Assembly (NCBI GenBank): GCA_902777275.1
Contig: CACYTI010000005.1
Span: 39,813-103,812, forward strand
Source of the DNA: an uncultured Ruminococcus sp.
Lineage (GTDB): Bacteria; Bacillota; Clostridia; Oscillospirales; Acutalibacteraceae
Direction of reading: 5' to 3'
Length of the DNA: 64,000 nucleotides
Shown here: positions 17,583 to 26,124 of the stretch, piece by piece
Layout of the letters: each line of letters opens with the position of its first letter
How positions within the stretch are numbered: the stretch's first letter is position 1
Position numbers and translations under genes: made by a program
Notes under the pieces: generated by a model
Database searches by the model: none
Told to the model about the DNA's origin: nothing
The model's input: only the letters and a program-made list of their open reading frames with translations

Positions 17583-19226
17583 TCATTCATCGCAGAGCCC
17601 GCTGACAAGCAGATTGCCGTTTATGTCAAAATAAGAGTAAACGATCTGCGCGTTACTGACGCCGCTGATGCTCCTGATATTGGACACAACATTTTGGGAA
17701 GAGCGGATAAGCTTGCTCACGTTGGAGGTAAGAGTCTGCACCATCGCATTGTCCACCGCGTATTTGTAGTAGTACTCATAAACGATCGTATTTCCGCAGG
17801 CGCGGGAAATATAGGTAAGGTCTTCGGTGCTTCCCGAAGTGCCCTCATAATCTTCCAAATATTTTCTGAGTTTAAGCTCCGCCGACACGTCCCCGGTATC
17901 AATTCTTTCATTTGAAATAATAAATACTCCGTTGCTGCTGTACAACGAATCAGTATTATTGATTTGAGCGCTGCTTTGTCCGGAAGCGATCGACGACTGA
18001 ACGTGAGAAGATAAGACCGAGCTTTGACTTTGCGTAGCGCTTTGACTTTGCGTAGCGCTTGAGCTTACCGAACCGCTTTTGCCGCTTCCTCCGCCGAATA
18101 CCGCAACAGCGACAATAACGGCGCACCCGATAAGCAGCACAGCGGTTGCCGCGATAATAATTACAGGCAATTTTGACTTTTTGACGGGCGGCGTTTGAGT
18201 AACAGGCGCTTGATTTACGGGCGGCGTTTGAGTAACAGGCGCTTGATTTACGGGCGGGAACGCCGTCTGCTGCGACGTGAACTCATTAATAAGCGTTTCC
18301 ATATCGCGCGTGCGGTTTACGGCTGAAACCGCAAGACCGTGCATAAGCGCGTGCTCCTGCTGAGGATAGATAGAAATACCTAACTGCGAAGGCGGCACCA
18401 AAGTGTCCGAAATAAGCCTGTCGAGGCTGCCGACGGGTATTCTTCCCGTTATACAGGCATAAATCGTCGCACACAGCGCGTAAACATCTGTATGGGGACC
18501 CTGATTGCCGTTTTGACGGTACTGCTCCTCCGGCGCGAAGCCCTGCTTTAGGATAACCGACATTTTGCGTTCCTCGTTCGTAAAGTAACGCGCCGATCCG
18601 AAGTCCATCAGCTTCAGCTTTCCCCTTTTTGTATACATAATATTGTCGGGGCTGATGTCGCGATGGATTATACCCTTGCTGTGCATATAGCCGAGCGACC
18701 TCATTATCGGCAGCATAAGCTGAATAAGCGTCTGCGGGTCAAAGCAGCCGTAGTGCGACACATAATCCTTAAGCGTTTCTCCGTCAAGATACTCCATGAC
18801 GATATAGGCGGTGCCGTTCTCCTGAAAGTAATCGTGCACGTCAACAACACCCTCTTCATCAGAGAAAGCGGCGACATTCTTCGCCTCTTCCAAAAAACGC
18901 TCCTCGCCTTTTTTGAAAAAGTCTTCTCTTCCCTGCGTGATAAGCACGGTTTCGGACACCGAAGCGGTTCTGTTGACCGCTCCCGAAGGGAAATATTCCT
19001 TGACGGCTACACGCTTTGAAAGAGTGGTGTCAAGTCCGATATAGGTTATGCCGAAGCCGCCCTCTCCTATAACGCTGCCGATAAGGTAGCGCCCGTGAAG
19101 CATTGTGCCTCCGCGAAGATGATAAGGAGCGGAAATATTTTGCGCAGCTGCGTTGTCATAACCGCAGTTTCCGCATACAGATGAACCGCCGAGCGGTTTC
19201 ATACATTTATAACAATATTTTTGCAT
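17583..19226 (-). CDS. Hanks-type Ser/Thr protein kinase with N-terminal zinc ribbon, one TM and a C-terminal extracellular domain
   Basis: Kinase motifs are present: CYKC..CGNC, GEGGFGITY, VAVKEY, HRDISPDN (Ser replaces the usual Lys), DFGSA and APEE. Three in-frame ATGs occur at 19226-19235, and 19226 has the best SD spacing. Confidence 0.85.
   Translation of the reverse strand: MQKYCYKCMKPLGGSSVCGNCGYDNAAAQNISAPYHLRGGTMLHGRYLIGSVIGEGGFGITYIGLDTTLSKRVAVKEYFPSGAVNRTASVSETVLITQGREDFFKKGEERFLEEAKNVAAFSDEEGVVDVHDYFQENGTAYIVMEYLDGETLKDYVSHYGCFDPQTLIQLMLPIMRSLGYMHSKGIIHRDISPDNIMYTKRGKLKLMDFGSARYFTNEERKMSVILKQGFAPEEQYRQNGNQGPHTDVYALCATIYACITGRIPVGSLDRLISDTLVPPSQLGISIYPQQEHALMHGLAVSAVNRTRDMETLINEFTSQQTAFPPVNQAPVTQTPPVNQAPVTQTPPVKKSKLPVIIIAATAVLLIGCAVIVAVAVFGGGSGKSGSVSSSATQSQSATQSQSSVLSSHVQSSIASGQSSAQINNTDSLYSSNGVFIISNERIDTGDVSAELKLRKYLEDYEGTSGSTEDLTYISRACGNTIVYEYYYKYAVDNAMVQTLTSNVSKLIRSSQNVVSNIRSISGVSNAQIVYSYFDINGNLLVSGLCDE
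18021..18056 (-). repeat. Perfect 18-bp in-frame tandem duplication (ATQSQS x2) in the kinase extracellular linker
   Basis: GCTTTGACTTTGCGTAGC occurs twice. Confidence 0.9.
18184..18249 (-). repeat. Perfect 33-bp in-frame tandem duplication (PPVNQAPVTQT x2) in the kinase juxtamembrane linker
   Basis: Two identical 33-mers occupy 18184-18216 and 18217-18249, followed by a partial third unit. Confidence 0.9.
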
Positions 19227-19460
19227 TATCATCATTCCTTATAATTAAGCCAAAATTAATACGGGAAAGCCGATCAGCGCGAAAAAAACGCTTTGATCGA
19301 AATATTCCTGCGATTATATTATATAGCATTTCACACAATTTTTCAACAACAAATATGTAATAATAAATACGAATCGTTTTTTTGAAACAAATCCCGGCAG
19401 ACTCACATCAATACAAAATCATAACATATCTGTTTTTCAAAATCCCGATTTTACGGCAAG

Positions 19461-19504
19461 CGGGCGCATAACCGCCGTTTTCTCAGGTTATGCGCCCGTT
19501 TTTA
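19461..19504 (+). terminator. R6 hairpin (CGGGCGCATAACC / GGTTATGCGCCCG) + T-run
   Basis: It has a 13-bp perfect stem. The stem sequence is shared with the terminator at 6181-6220. The T-run is on the plus strand although both neighbouring genes are on the minus strand. Confidence 0.5.
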
Positions 19505-19515
19505 TCATATAGCTT

Positions 19516-20634
19516 TTATTGAATTGCCGCCTTATATATTTCAAAGTACTTGTTCTTTGCGGCGTCTGTTACAAGCGTTACATTATAAACAAAATCGTTA
19601 TCAACTCCGTCGTAGGTGAAGCCTTCCTTATAGAAAAGCACCTCGGCGTGGGTCTCGCCCTTTTGAGTAATACAGCTTCCGTGACAGCTTATTGTGCTCT
19701 TTACAAAGCCGGGATAAAGCACGCACATCATCGCCAAAGCGTCGCAGTTCGATACATCCTCCGAACCGTTGCTTTTATAGAACTCGCGGATCTTGCCGAA
19801 CGATTCAGCGACAAATCTGCCTGTATCGTTGAGCGCTTCAAGCTCCTCAAACTGTTTATCCGTCCACATGGCGTCCTCACTGCACATATCAAGACCGATG
19901 ATCGTAAGAGGGATTTCCGAATCGAGCATTATTTTGTACGCGTCCGCGTCCGCGTAAACGTTATATTCCGCCACGGGCGAAGCGTTGCCCGGGCCGAGAC
20001 CAGCCGTTCCCATCGACCAAATCATCTTTGCCTGCTTCATAGCCTCCGGGTCCTTTTGGATAGCTTTGGCTATGTTTGTTGCGGGACCGAGCGCGACTAT
20101 TTCGATTTCTCCCGGATTTTCTTTAACGGTATTTATGATAAAATCCACAGCGTCGCCCTCCTGCGCCTGCCCCTTGGGGTGAATAAGACCCGCGTCGCCC
20201 ATACCGTCTTCGCCGAACACGCTGAAAGCGAACTTGTACTCACCGTCGAGAGTATCGGATGAGCCTTTGTAAACTGGCGCTTCAACTCCCGCAGTTTCCA
20301 ACGCCATTATAGCGTTTTTAGTGCTCTGCTCCAAATCGACGTTGCCAACCAGTACCGTTACTCCGACTATCTCAACCTTGGGAGTTTTTGCCGCCAAAAT
20401 CAGGGCGGAAGCGTCGTCCGCGCCCGTGTCGGTGTCGATAATCAGCTTGCGGGGCATTGTCGGCGTGTCAACAGTGCTTTGAGCGCTTAATTCTGTTGCC
20501 GCCGGTTCCGTGCCCTTACTGTCGTCCGCCGCCTGAGATGAGGACGGGCTGCCACCGCAGGAGCACATCATCGCCGCGGTGCTCAAAGCCAGCCCCGCGC
20601 AGCAGATATATCTGAATAATGCTTTGATTTTCAT
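19516..20634 (-). CDS. Secreted lipoprotein nucleoside hydrolase (IUNH family)
   Basis: It has the lipobox MMCSCGG and the catalytic N-terminal motif IIDTDTGADDASAL. Confidence 0.85.
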   Translation of the reverse strand: MKIKALFRYICCAGLALSTAAMMCSCGGSPSSSQAADDSKGTEPAATELSAQSTVDTPTMPRKLIIDTDTGADDASALILAAKTPKVEIVGVTVLVGNVDLEQSTKNAIMALETAGVEAPVYKGSSDTLDGEYKFAFSVFGEDGMGDAGLIHPKGQAQEGDAVDFIINTVKENPGEIEIVALGPATNIAKAIQKDPEAMKQAKMIWSMGTAGLGPGNASPVAEYNVYADADAYKIMLDSEIPLTIIGLDMCSEDAMWTDKQFEELEALNDTGRFVAESFGKIREFYKSNGSEDVSNCDALAMMCVLYPGFVKSTISCHGSCITQKGETHAEVLFYKEGFTYDGVDNDFVYNVTLVTDAAKNKYFEIYKAAIQ

Positions 20635-20761
20635 TTGAATTCCCCCTATCGTTTCTGACTACAATAATAACAAATAATCCGTTGCTTGTCTATATCGTTA
20701 ACTGTAAAAATCACCGCAAAACAAAAAACAGGCGCGGTCAATATCCGAAATGAAAACAGAG

Positions 20762-20790
20762 TTGATTCTTTTACGAATTTATGATACACT
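20762..20790 (+). promoter_or_regulatory. Candidate luxS promoter (TTGATT-17-TGaTACACT)
   Basis: The -35 is at 20762-20767 and the extended -10 at 20782-20790. Confidence 0.4.
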
Positions 20791-20802
20791 GAAAAGGGAA
20801 TC

Positions 20803-20865
20803 CCGCTTTACGCCAATGCGGTCAGCTTTAAGGAAACGGTTGACTGCATTGCCCGTAATACGCGG
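20803..20865 (+). promoter_or_regulatory. Long imperfect stem-loop in the luxS 5' leader
   Basis: CCGC-U-UUACG-C-CAAUGCGGUCA[16-nt loop]UGACUGCAUUG-CC-CGUAA-UAC-GCGG gives about 20 bp in three helical segments. It ends about 20 nt before the SD and has no T-run. Confidence 0.35.
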
Positions 20866-20895
20866 ACATCAATCAAAACAAAAGGAGAAATAATT

Positions 20896-21420
20896 ATGGA
20901 ACTGATACAGAGTTTTTCCGTGGATCACACGCGGATTATCCCGGGCATTTTTACAAGCCGTGAAGACAATGTCGGCGGCAGCACGGTGACAACCTATGAT
21001 ATAAGACTGAAAAGGCCGAACAGAGAGCCTGTTATCGACGTTGCGGCTATGCACTCGCTCGAACACATTATAGCGACTTTTCTCCGTAACGATCCCGATT
21101 GGAAGGACGATATAATCTATTGGGGTCCTATGGGGTGTCTTACGGGCTTTTACCTTATTCTTAAGGGCAGCTCTTCTCCGCGTGATATTTATGATTTGGT
21201 GCTGAGAGCATTCAAATCGGTTAGCGAAGCCGAAACCGTTCCGGGCGCGACGCCCGTAAACTGCGGAAATTACCTCATGCACAATCTCGGAATGGCAAAA
21301 TGGTACGCGGAGGAATTTGCGGACTACCTTGAAGCGAACTGCGGACATCCCGAAATATTCGAGTACCCGAAAGCGGAGCGGCTCGTAACGGACGACGGAC
21401 AGCAGTTCTACGACTCGTAA
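20896..21420 (+). CDS. luxS: S-ribosylhomocysteine lyase
   Basis: It carries the HSLEHI and GPMGCLTGFY metal-site motifs at full length. Confidence 0.95.
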   Translation: MELIQSFSVDHTRIIPGIFTSREDNVGGSTVTTYDIRLKRPNREPVIDVAAMHSLEHIIATFLRNDPDWKDDIIYWGPMGCLTGFYLILKGSSSPRDIYDLVLRAFKSVSEAETVPGATPVNCGNYLMHNLGMAKWYAEEFADYLEANCGHPEIFEYPKAERLVTDDGQQFYDS

Positions 21421-21764
21421 AGCACGGCGCAGCCCGTATATTGACCTCATCTCTTTTCATTTGTCAAGAGTGAGCAAAAAAGATATTTTTTACAAAAAAA
21501 CAAGTTGGGAACTTAGCCTCCGCCTATGACAATTATTCATTATTAAATATTAAATTTTCAGTATTCATTCAGAAAAACCTGTCTGCCGACTGAAAATGAA
21601 TAATGCGATCGAGTAGTAGGCTGCCCAAAAGCTTCGCAGCCGACCTCTCACACCACCGCGCGTATGGTTCGCCAAACACACTACTATTATACTCGGAGGT
21701 TATCTTTGCTAAAAGCTTTTATTTTTCCCCGGTTGTATTTTCACGCCTTAAGGCACCAATCATA

Positions 21765-21812
21765 AATGCTGTGCTCAACCTTTCGTGTTAAGCACAGCAT
21801 TATCTTTTTATT
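21765..21812. terminator. Hairpin terminator downstream of ftsZ (bidirectional)
   Basis: AATGCTGTGCTCAAC / GTTAAGCACAGCATT pairs at 14 of 15 bp and is followed on the plus strand by ATCTTTTTATTT. Confidence 0.6.
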
Positions 21813-21815
21813 TAA

Positions 21816-22925
21816 TTACTTATTAAAAATCGACATGATATCATAGAAGGTATCGTCCTCGTCCTCTGTGGTGTCTTTTGCCGCGCGGCCCTTCTTTTTG
21901 GAGGATGACGCAGGGGTATCTACAATCACGTTTTCTTTAGCTGACTGCTGAACGAGCGGAACCGTGTCTGCCGTGCCGAAGCCTGTGGCGATGACCGTTA
22001 CGCTGATCTGGTCGTCCATTTTGTCGTCGATAACGGCGCCCCAGATGATGTTCGCGTCTTCGCTCACCTTATCCTTGACCATGGTGGAGGCAGCGTCGAT
22101 ATCGTCAAGACTTACATCGGAGGAAGCTGTGATATTGATGATAAGACCCTTTGCGCCGTCGATAGAGGTCTCAAGCAACGGGCTGGAGATGGCCATATCT
22201 GCGGCAACTGTCGCCTTGTCCTTGCCCGAGGCGGAGCCCATGCCCATGTGAGCAAAGCCCGCGTCCTTCATAACAGAGGTGACGTCGGCAAAGTCGAGGT
22301 TTACAAGACCCGGCAGTAAGATGAGGTCGGAAATACTCTGAACACCCTGGCGGAGAACATCGTCGGCGATCGCGAACGCGTTTTGCAGTGTGATGCTGGT
22401 GTCGGAAACATATTTAAGTCTTTCATTGGGAACGATTATCAGTGAATCAACGCAGGCTGAAAGCTCGGCAATACCCTGCTCCGCCTGAGTCATTCTTCTT
22501 CTGCCCTCAAACGCGAAAGGCTTTGTGACAACGCCGACGGTAAGGATTCCCATGTCCTTGGCAATTTTTGCAACGACAGGAGCCGCGCCCGTACCCGTGC
22601 CGCCGCCCATACCTGCGGTGACGAATACCATGTCGGCGTCCTTGAGCAGAGCTGCGATCTCATCCTTGCTCTCCTCGGCGGCATTCTGACCGATGGAAGG
22701 CATTGAGCCCGCACCCTTTCCGCGCGTGAGCTTCTCGCCGATTTGGAGCTTCTGAGACGCCTTAGACAGTCTTAATACGTGTTCATCTGTATTAATTGCA
22801 ATAAACTCCACATTTTTTACATCCATGGTTACCATGCGGTTAACAGCGTTTCCGCCGCCTCCGCCTACACCGATTACTTTGATCTTAGGCATATACTCGC
22901 TTTCCAGTTCCAACTCAAAAGCCAT
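21816..22925 (-). CDS. ftsZ: Cell division protein FtsZ
   Basis: It carries [13 protein letters not shown] and [11 protein letters not shown]. The start is ATG 22925, after AAGGAGGAAG. Confidence 0.97.
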   Translation of the reverse strand: MAFELELESEYMPKIKVIGVGGGGGNAVNRMVTMDVKNVEFIAINTDEHVLRLSKASQKLQIGEKLTRGKGAGSMPSIGQNAAEESKDEIAALLKDADMVFVTAGMGGGTGTGAAPVVAKIAKDMGILTVGVVTKPFAFEGRRRMTQAEQGIAELSACVDSLIIVPNERLKYVSDTSITLQNAFAIADDVLRQGVQSISDLILLPGLVNLDFADVTSVMKDAGFAHMGMGSASGKDKATVAADMAISSPLLETSIDGAKGLIINITASSDVSLDDIDAASTMVKDKVSEDANIIWGAVIDDKMDDQISVTVIATGFGTADTVPLVQQSAKENVIVDTPASSSKKKGRAAKDTTEDEDDTFYDIMSIFNK

Positions 22926-23089
22926 TTTAACTTCCTCCTTAGTGATTCCTGAATCTATTATAAAGCAACATGACGCCACACCCAAGCCCGCCTTTGGGGA
23001 GCGCGGTTTTACGGAAACAGCGTACAGGCGGGGTCAAAACAGAACGGTTTCCTGTACAAGCGTCATCTTATAATACATACTTTGTAACT

Positions 23090-23118
23090 ATACTACCACA
23101 CTTTTTTAAAAATATCAA
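23090..23118 (-). promoter_or_regulatory. Candidate ftsZ promoter (TTGATA-17-TGgTAGTAT)
   Basis: Hexamers lie at 23113-23118 and 23090-23095 on the minus strand, in the 259-bp ftsQ-ftsZ spacer. Confidence 0.35.
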
Positions 23119-23184
23119 TGGTTTTGTACATATTTTTCGATAATAATTCTTTAGTAATCATTATTTTTTGACATTTCGGCGCTT

Positions 23185-24576
23185 TTACTCATACGCTTGC
23201 CAATAATAATCATATTCTCCGTAGCCGGAATACGGGTCAAAGCCGTCGTAGCCGTCGTAGCCGTAAAGTCCGTAATCGTAACCGTCGCCATAATCGCCGC
23301 CGTAGTCGTAATTGTCTTCGTTGCCGCCGTTATCGCCATTGTCTACGTTATCGCCCGCGTCATCCTCGGGACTTCGCGTAGGTTCTGTCGGAATGACCGT
23401 CACAGGCTGCGTTGGGGGAGGCGCGGTCGTCGTCGGGGCAGGAGCCGGCTTGTAGCGGGACATTTTGTTCTTGTTGCAGGTTGAAACGTCGAGCGTTCCC
23501 GCGACCGTTCCGGTTTTGTTCGGGTCAAGCTTTTCATCTATAATAGTGAAAGCCGTCTTTATTTTGTAGTCGATATCCTCGGGCAAGCCGATGTTGATAT
23601 CGATCCTGTTGTCGTAGTTGATTATGATTCCCGAAAGGTTCGTGATATCAAAGCCCATTATTTTATCCACGCCGTTTTCCTCAAAGCTCTTTTTGACGCT
23701 GTGGAGGATCTCCGACACCGAATCGTCGCCGAAATCTATATACTCGCCCTTTGCTTTGTTTTTGAAATCGCCGCATTTGAGCTCTATCAGACCGTTGGGC
23801 TTGGTATCAGACGTGTCGAGGATCCTTCCCTTTGAGCTTACGATAAGATAGCCGCTTCCGTCCTTTATCGCGTATGCAGGCTCGGCGTTTTGGACAGTGA
23901 TAACAACGGTATCGGGAATTGAAAAGCTGACGTTCGCGCTTTCGATATAGGATAGATTTTTAACTATCTCCTCCGGAGTACTGTTCCACGTTCCGATGAA
24001 AATATTCTGTCCGGGCGCGACATTGCTGAACGCCGTTATCTGACCCTCGTCGTAGTAAGAGTCGCCCTCGACCTTGATGTACTCTGTTTTGAACAGGACT
24101 GTCAGGCTGAGGATAACGCCGATAACAAGCACCGCGGCAAAAATGGAGGCTGAGATTATGATTCGCTTTTTGCGGATCTGCTTTGAGGTCAGGGGCTTTT
24201 TGTTGCGCCTGATCACCTCGTTCTCCTGCTTGCGGATCTGCTTTGCCCGCTTTTCCTGCCGCTTTTTTTCGGAGTATTCGTCAATATAGTAGCCTTCCTC
24301 GTGGTCTTTCGGTCTGAGGTTCCTAATCTTTTTCTTGCCCTCTCTGCGAAATTTTTCCTCGCGTGAAAGCTTTTCGCTGCGCTCGGCGCGCTGCTTAGCC
24401 CGCAGCTTGTTTACAGCATCCTTGATTTTACTCTTGGATTCTGTAGGCCTTTTGGATTTTGAGGAAGCTTTTTTATTTTGTTTTTCCTGTTCTTTTCCGG
24501 TCTTTTCCGTATTTTGCGTCTGCCGCTCCGGATTCCTGCGCGGCTTAGTCTGCTGTTTCTTTTCCTTGGAATCCAA
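23185..24576 (-). CDS. ftsQ: Cell division protein FtsQ/DivIB with long basic N-terminal extension and Tyr/Gly/Asp-rich C-terminal tail
   Basis: A POTRA-like segment YIKVEGDSYYDEGQI follows a single TM. The start is ambiguous: the ORF opens at TTG 24657, but TTG 24576 is preceded by GGAGGA at 7 nt. Confidence 0.75.
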   Translation of the reverse strand: MDSKEKKQQTKPRRNPERQTQNTEKTGKEQEKQNKKASSKSKRPTESKSKIKDAVNKLRAKQRAERSEKLSREEKFRREGKKKIRNLRPKDHEEGYYIDEYSEKKRQEKRAKQIRKQENEVIRRNKKPLTSKQIRKKRIIISASIFAAVLVIGVILSLTVLFKTEYIKVEGDSYYDEGQITAFSNVAPGQNIFIGTWNSTPEEIVKNLSYIESANVSFSIPDTVVITVQNAEPAYAIKDGSGYLIVSSKGRILDTSDTKPNGLIELKCGDFKNKAKGEYIDFGDDSVSEILHSVKKSFEENGVDKIMGFDITNLSGIIINYDNRIDINIGLPEDIDYKIKTAFTIIDEKLDPNKTGTVAGTLDVSTCNKNKMSRYKPAPAPTTTAPPPTQPVTVIPTEPTRSPEDDAGDNVDNGDNGGNEDNYDYGGDYGDGYDYGLYGYDGYDGFDPYSGYGEYDYYWQAYE

Positions 24577-24668
24577 CAGTGCTCCTCCTTGTTTTACTTC
24601 CGCCGCTCTAATGTGGTTCCGGCGGCTCGACTTCTGATCCGTAATAACTTGATTCAAATAAAAAATAT

Positions 24669-25922
24669 CTATACTTTCGCAATATCGGCGCCCAGCGAGC
24701 TGAGCACCTGTTCAAAGCCTTCATACCCGCGCTCAAGGTATTTAACGCCCTCAAGCTCGGTTTTTCCCTCGGCGCACAGAGCGGCGGTGACGAGCGCGGC
24801 GGCTCCGCGCAGATCGGTCGCCTCCACCGGAGCACCGTACAGCCGGGGCACGCCCTCGACAACTGCAAGCTTGCCCTCGGTTTTTATGTCCGCTCCCATC
24901 CTCGCGAGTCCCGCAGTGTGGCGGTAGCGGTTTTCAAATATATTTTCAATAAACACCGTTGTTCCGTCGGCAACCGAAGCCGCTGCAAGCAGGGGAGCCT
25001 GAGCGTCGGTCGGAAAGCCCGGATAAGGCATTGTACGCACTATTTTCATTGAGCTGAGACGCTCCGGAGCGATAACTGTAAGCTCGTTCTCGTGAGCCGA
25101 AAAGACGCAGCCCGCGTCCTCGAAGGCGGAAACGACAGCGGTCAGATGGCTGTGTATTACACCCTTGAGAGTTATCTCGGAGCCTGTCACGGCGGCACAG
25201 GAAATCAGCGTGGCGGCGGTGATCCTGTCGGGAATCAGCGCGTGCGCACAGCCGTGCAGCCGCCTGACGCCGTCTATTACGATAACGCTTCCGCCCGCGC
25301 CCTTTATCCTCGCGCCGCAGCGGTTAAGATAATCCGCCAAATCGCAGATCTCGGGTTCTTTTGCCGCGTTGGTGACCGTTGTTGTGCCGTTCGCCGTGCA
25401 CGCCGCGAGCATTACGTTCTCGGTGGCGCCTACGCTCGGAAACGGCAGAGTGATATCGGCGCCCTTCAAGCCGTGGGGAGCGCGGCAGTCAAGCCTTCCG
25501 TGGCGCTCCTTTATGACCGCGCCCAGCCGCCTGAGAGCTTCAAGGTGCATATCTATCGGGCGCAGACCGATTTCGCAGCCTCCCGGCAGACTCAATCTGA
25601 CCCTTCCCGCGGCGGCGAGCACCGCGCCCAAAAAGACTATGGAGCCTCGGGTTTGCCGCATAAGCCCGTCGGGAATGTCGAACCGTTTAAGGCCGCCGTT
25701 ATTAACCAGAACCGTTCCGCCGCTGCGCTGAGCGCGGCAGCCCAGCCATCGGAGGATCCTCAGCGAAGCCTCGGTATCCGACAGGAGCGGACAACGGTAA
25801 ATCACGCTCTCCCCCTCCGCAAGCACGGAAGCAGCCAAAACGGGCAGCGCGCTGTTTTTCGCTCCCTGAACAGTTACGTCGCCCGAAAGCCGTTTTCGTC
25901 CCGAAATATAGAGTTTAGACAC
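24669..25922 (-). CDS. murA: UDP-N-acetylglucosamine 1-carboxyvinyltransferase
   Basis: It carries LSGDVTVQGAKNSALPVLAA at full length. It has a GTG start with an AAGAGGGTG SD. Confidence 0.95.
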   Translation of the reverse strand: MSKLYISGRKRLSGDVTVQGAKNSALPVLAASVLAEGESVIYRCPLLSDTEASLRILRWLGCRAQRSGGTVLVNNGGLKRFDIPDGLMRQTRGSIVFLGAVLAAAGRVRLSLPGGCEIGLRPIDMHLEALRRLGAVIKERHGRLDCRAPHGLKGADITLPFPSVGATENVMLAACTANGTTTVTNAAKEPEICDLADYLNRCGARIKGAGGSVIVIDGVRRLHGCAHALIPDRITAATLISCAAVTGSEITLKGVIHSHLTAVVSAFEDAGCVFSAHENELTVIAPERLSSMKIVRTMPYPGFPTDAQAPLLAAASVADGTTVFIENIFENRYRHTAGLARMGADIKTEGKLAVVEGVPRLYGAPVEATDLRGAAALVTAALCAEGKTELEGVKYLERGYEGFEQVLSSLGADIAKV

Positions 25923-26023
25923 ACAAACACCCTCTTATTAAGTATAGTTCATACTATGCGGCAAAAGGTGTGTTGTGCGCATCAATGCGAGCAGCACTGT
26001 TCATGCTGCTTATTATAGTTTAC

Positions 26024-26119
26024 GGGGATCTCTGATAATTCAATGTTGTGCAGAAGTGCGGAAGATTATGCCGTGAAGCTTCCGTGCTTATGCGCGGTAG
26101 GGAATTTTCAGAGGTTCCC
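26024..26119 (+). repeat. R2 element, long (96-nt) form
   Basis: It reads GGGGATCTCTGATAATTC...CCGTGCTTATGCGCGG..GAATTTTCAGAGGTTCCC. It lies in the murG-murA spacer. Confidence 0.9.
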
Positions 26120-26124
26120 TTATA

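Noticed and set aside
21421-21815. A possible small RNA in the 395-bp convergent luxS-ftsZ spacer. It contains a perfect TATAAT on the minus strand at 21686-21691 and hairpins at 21563-21601 and 21619-21641.
   Set aside because: There is no matching -35 and no convincing terminator after the hairpins. The segment contains a GTAGG-hairpin singlet (21616-21641) and a GGTTCGCC fragment. It therefore looks like decayed R1/REP material rather than a dedicated RNA gene. RNA-seq could overturn this.
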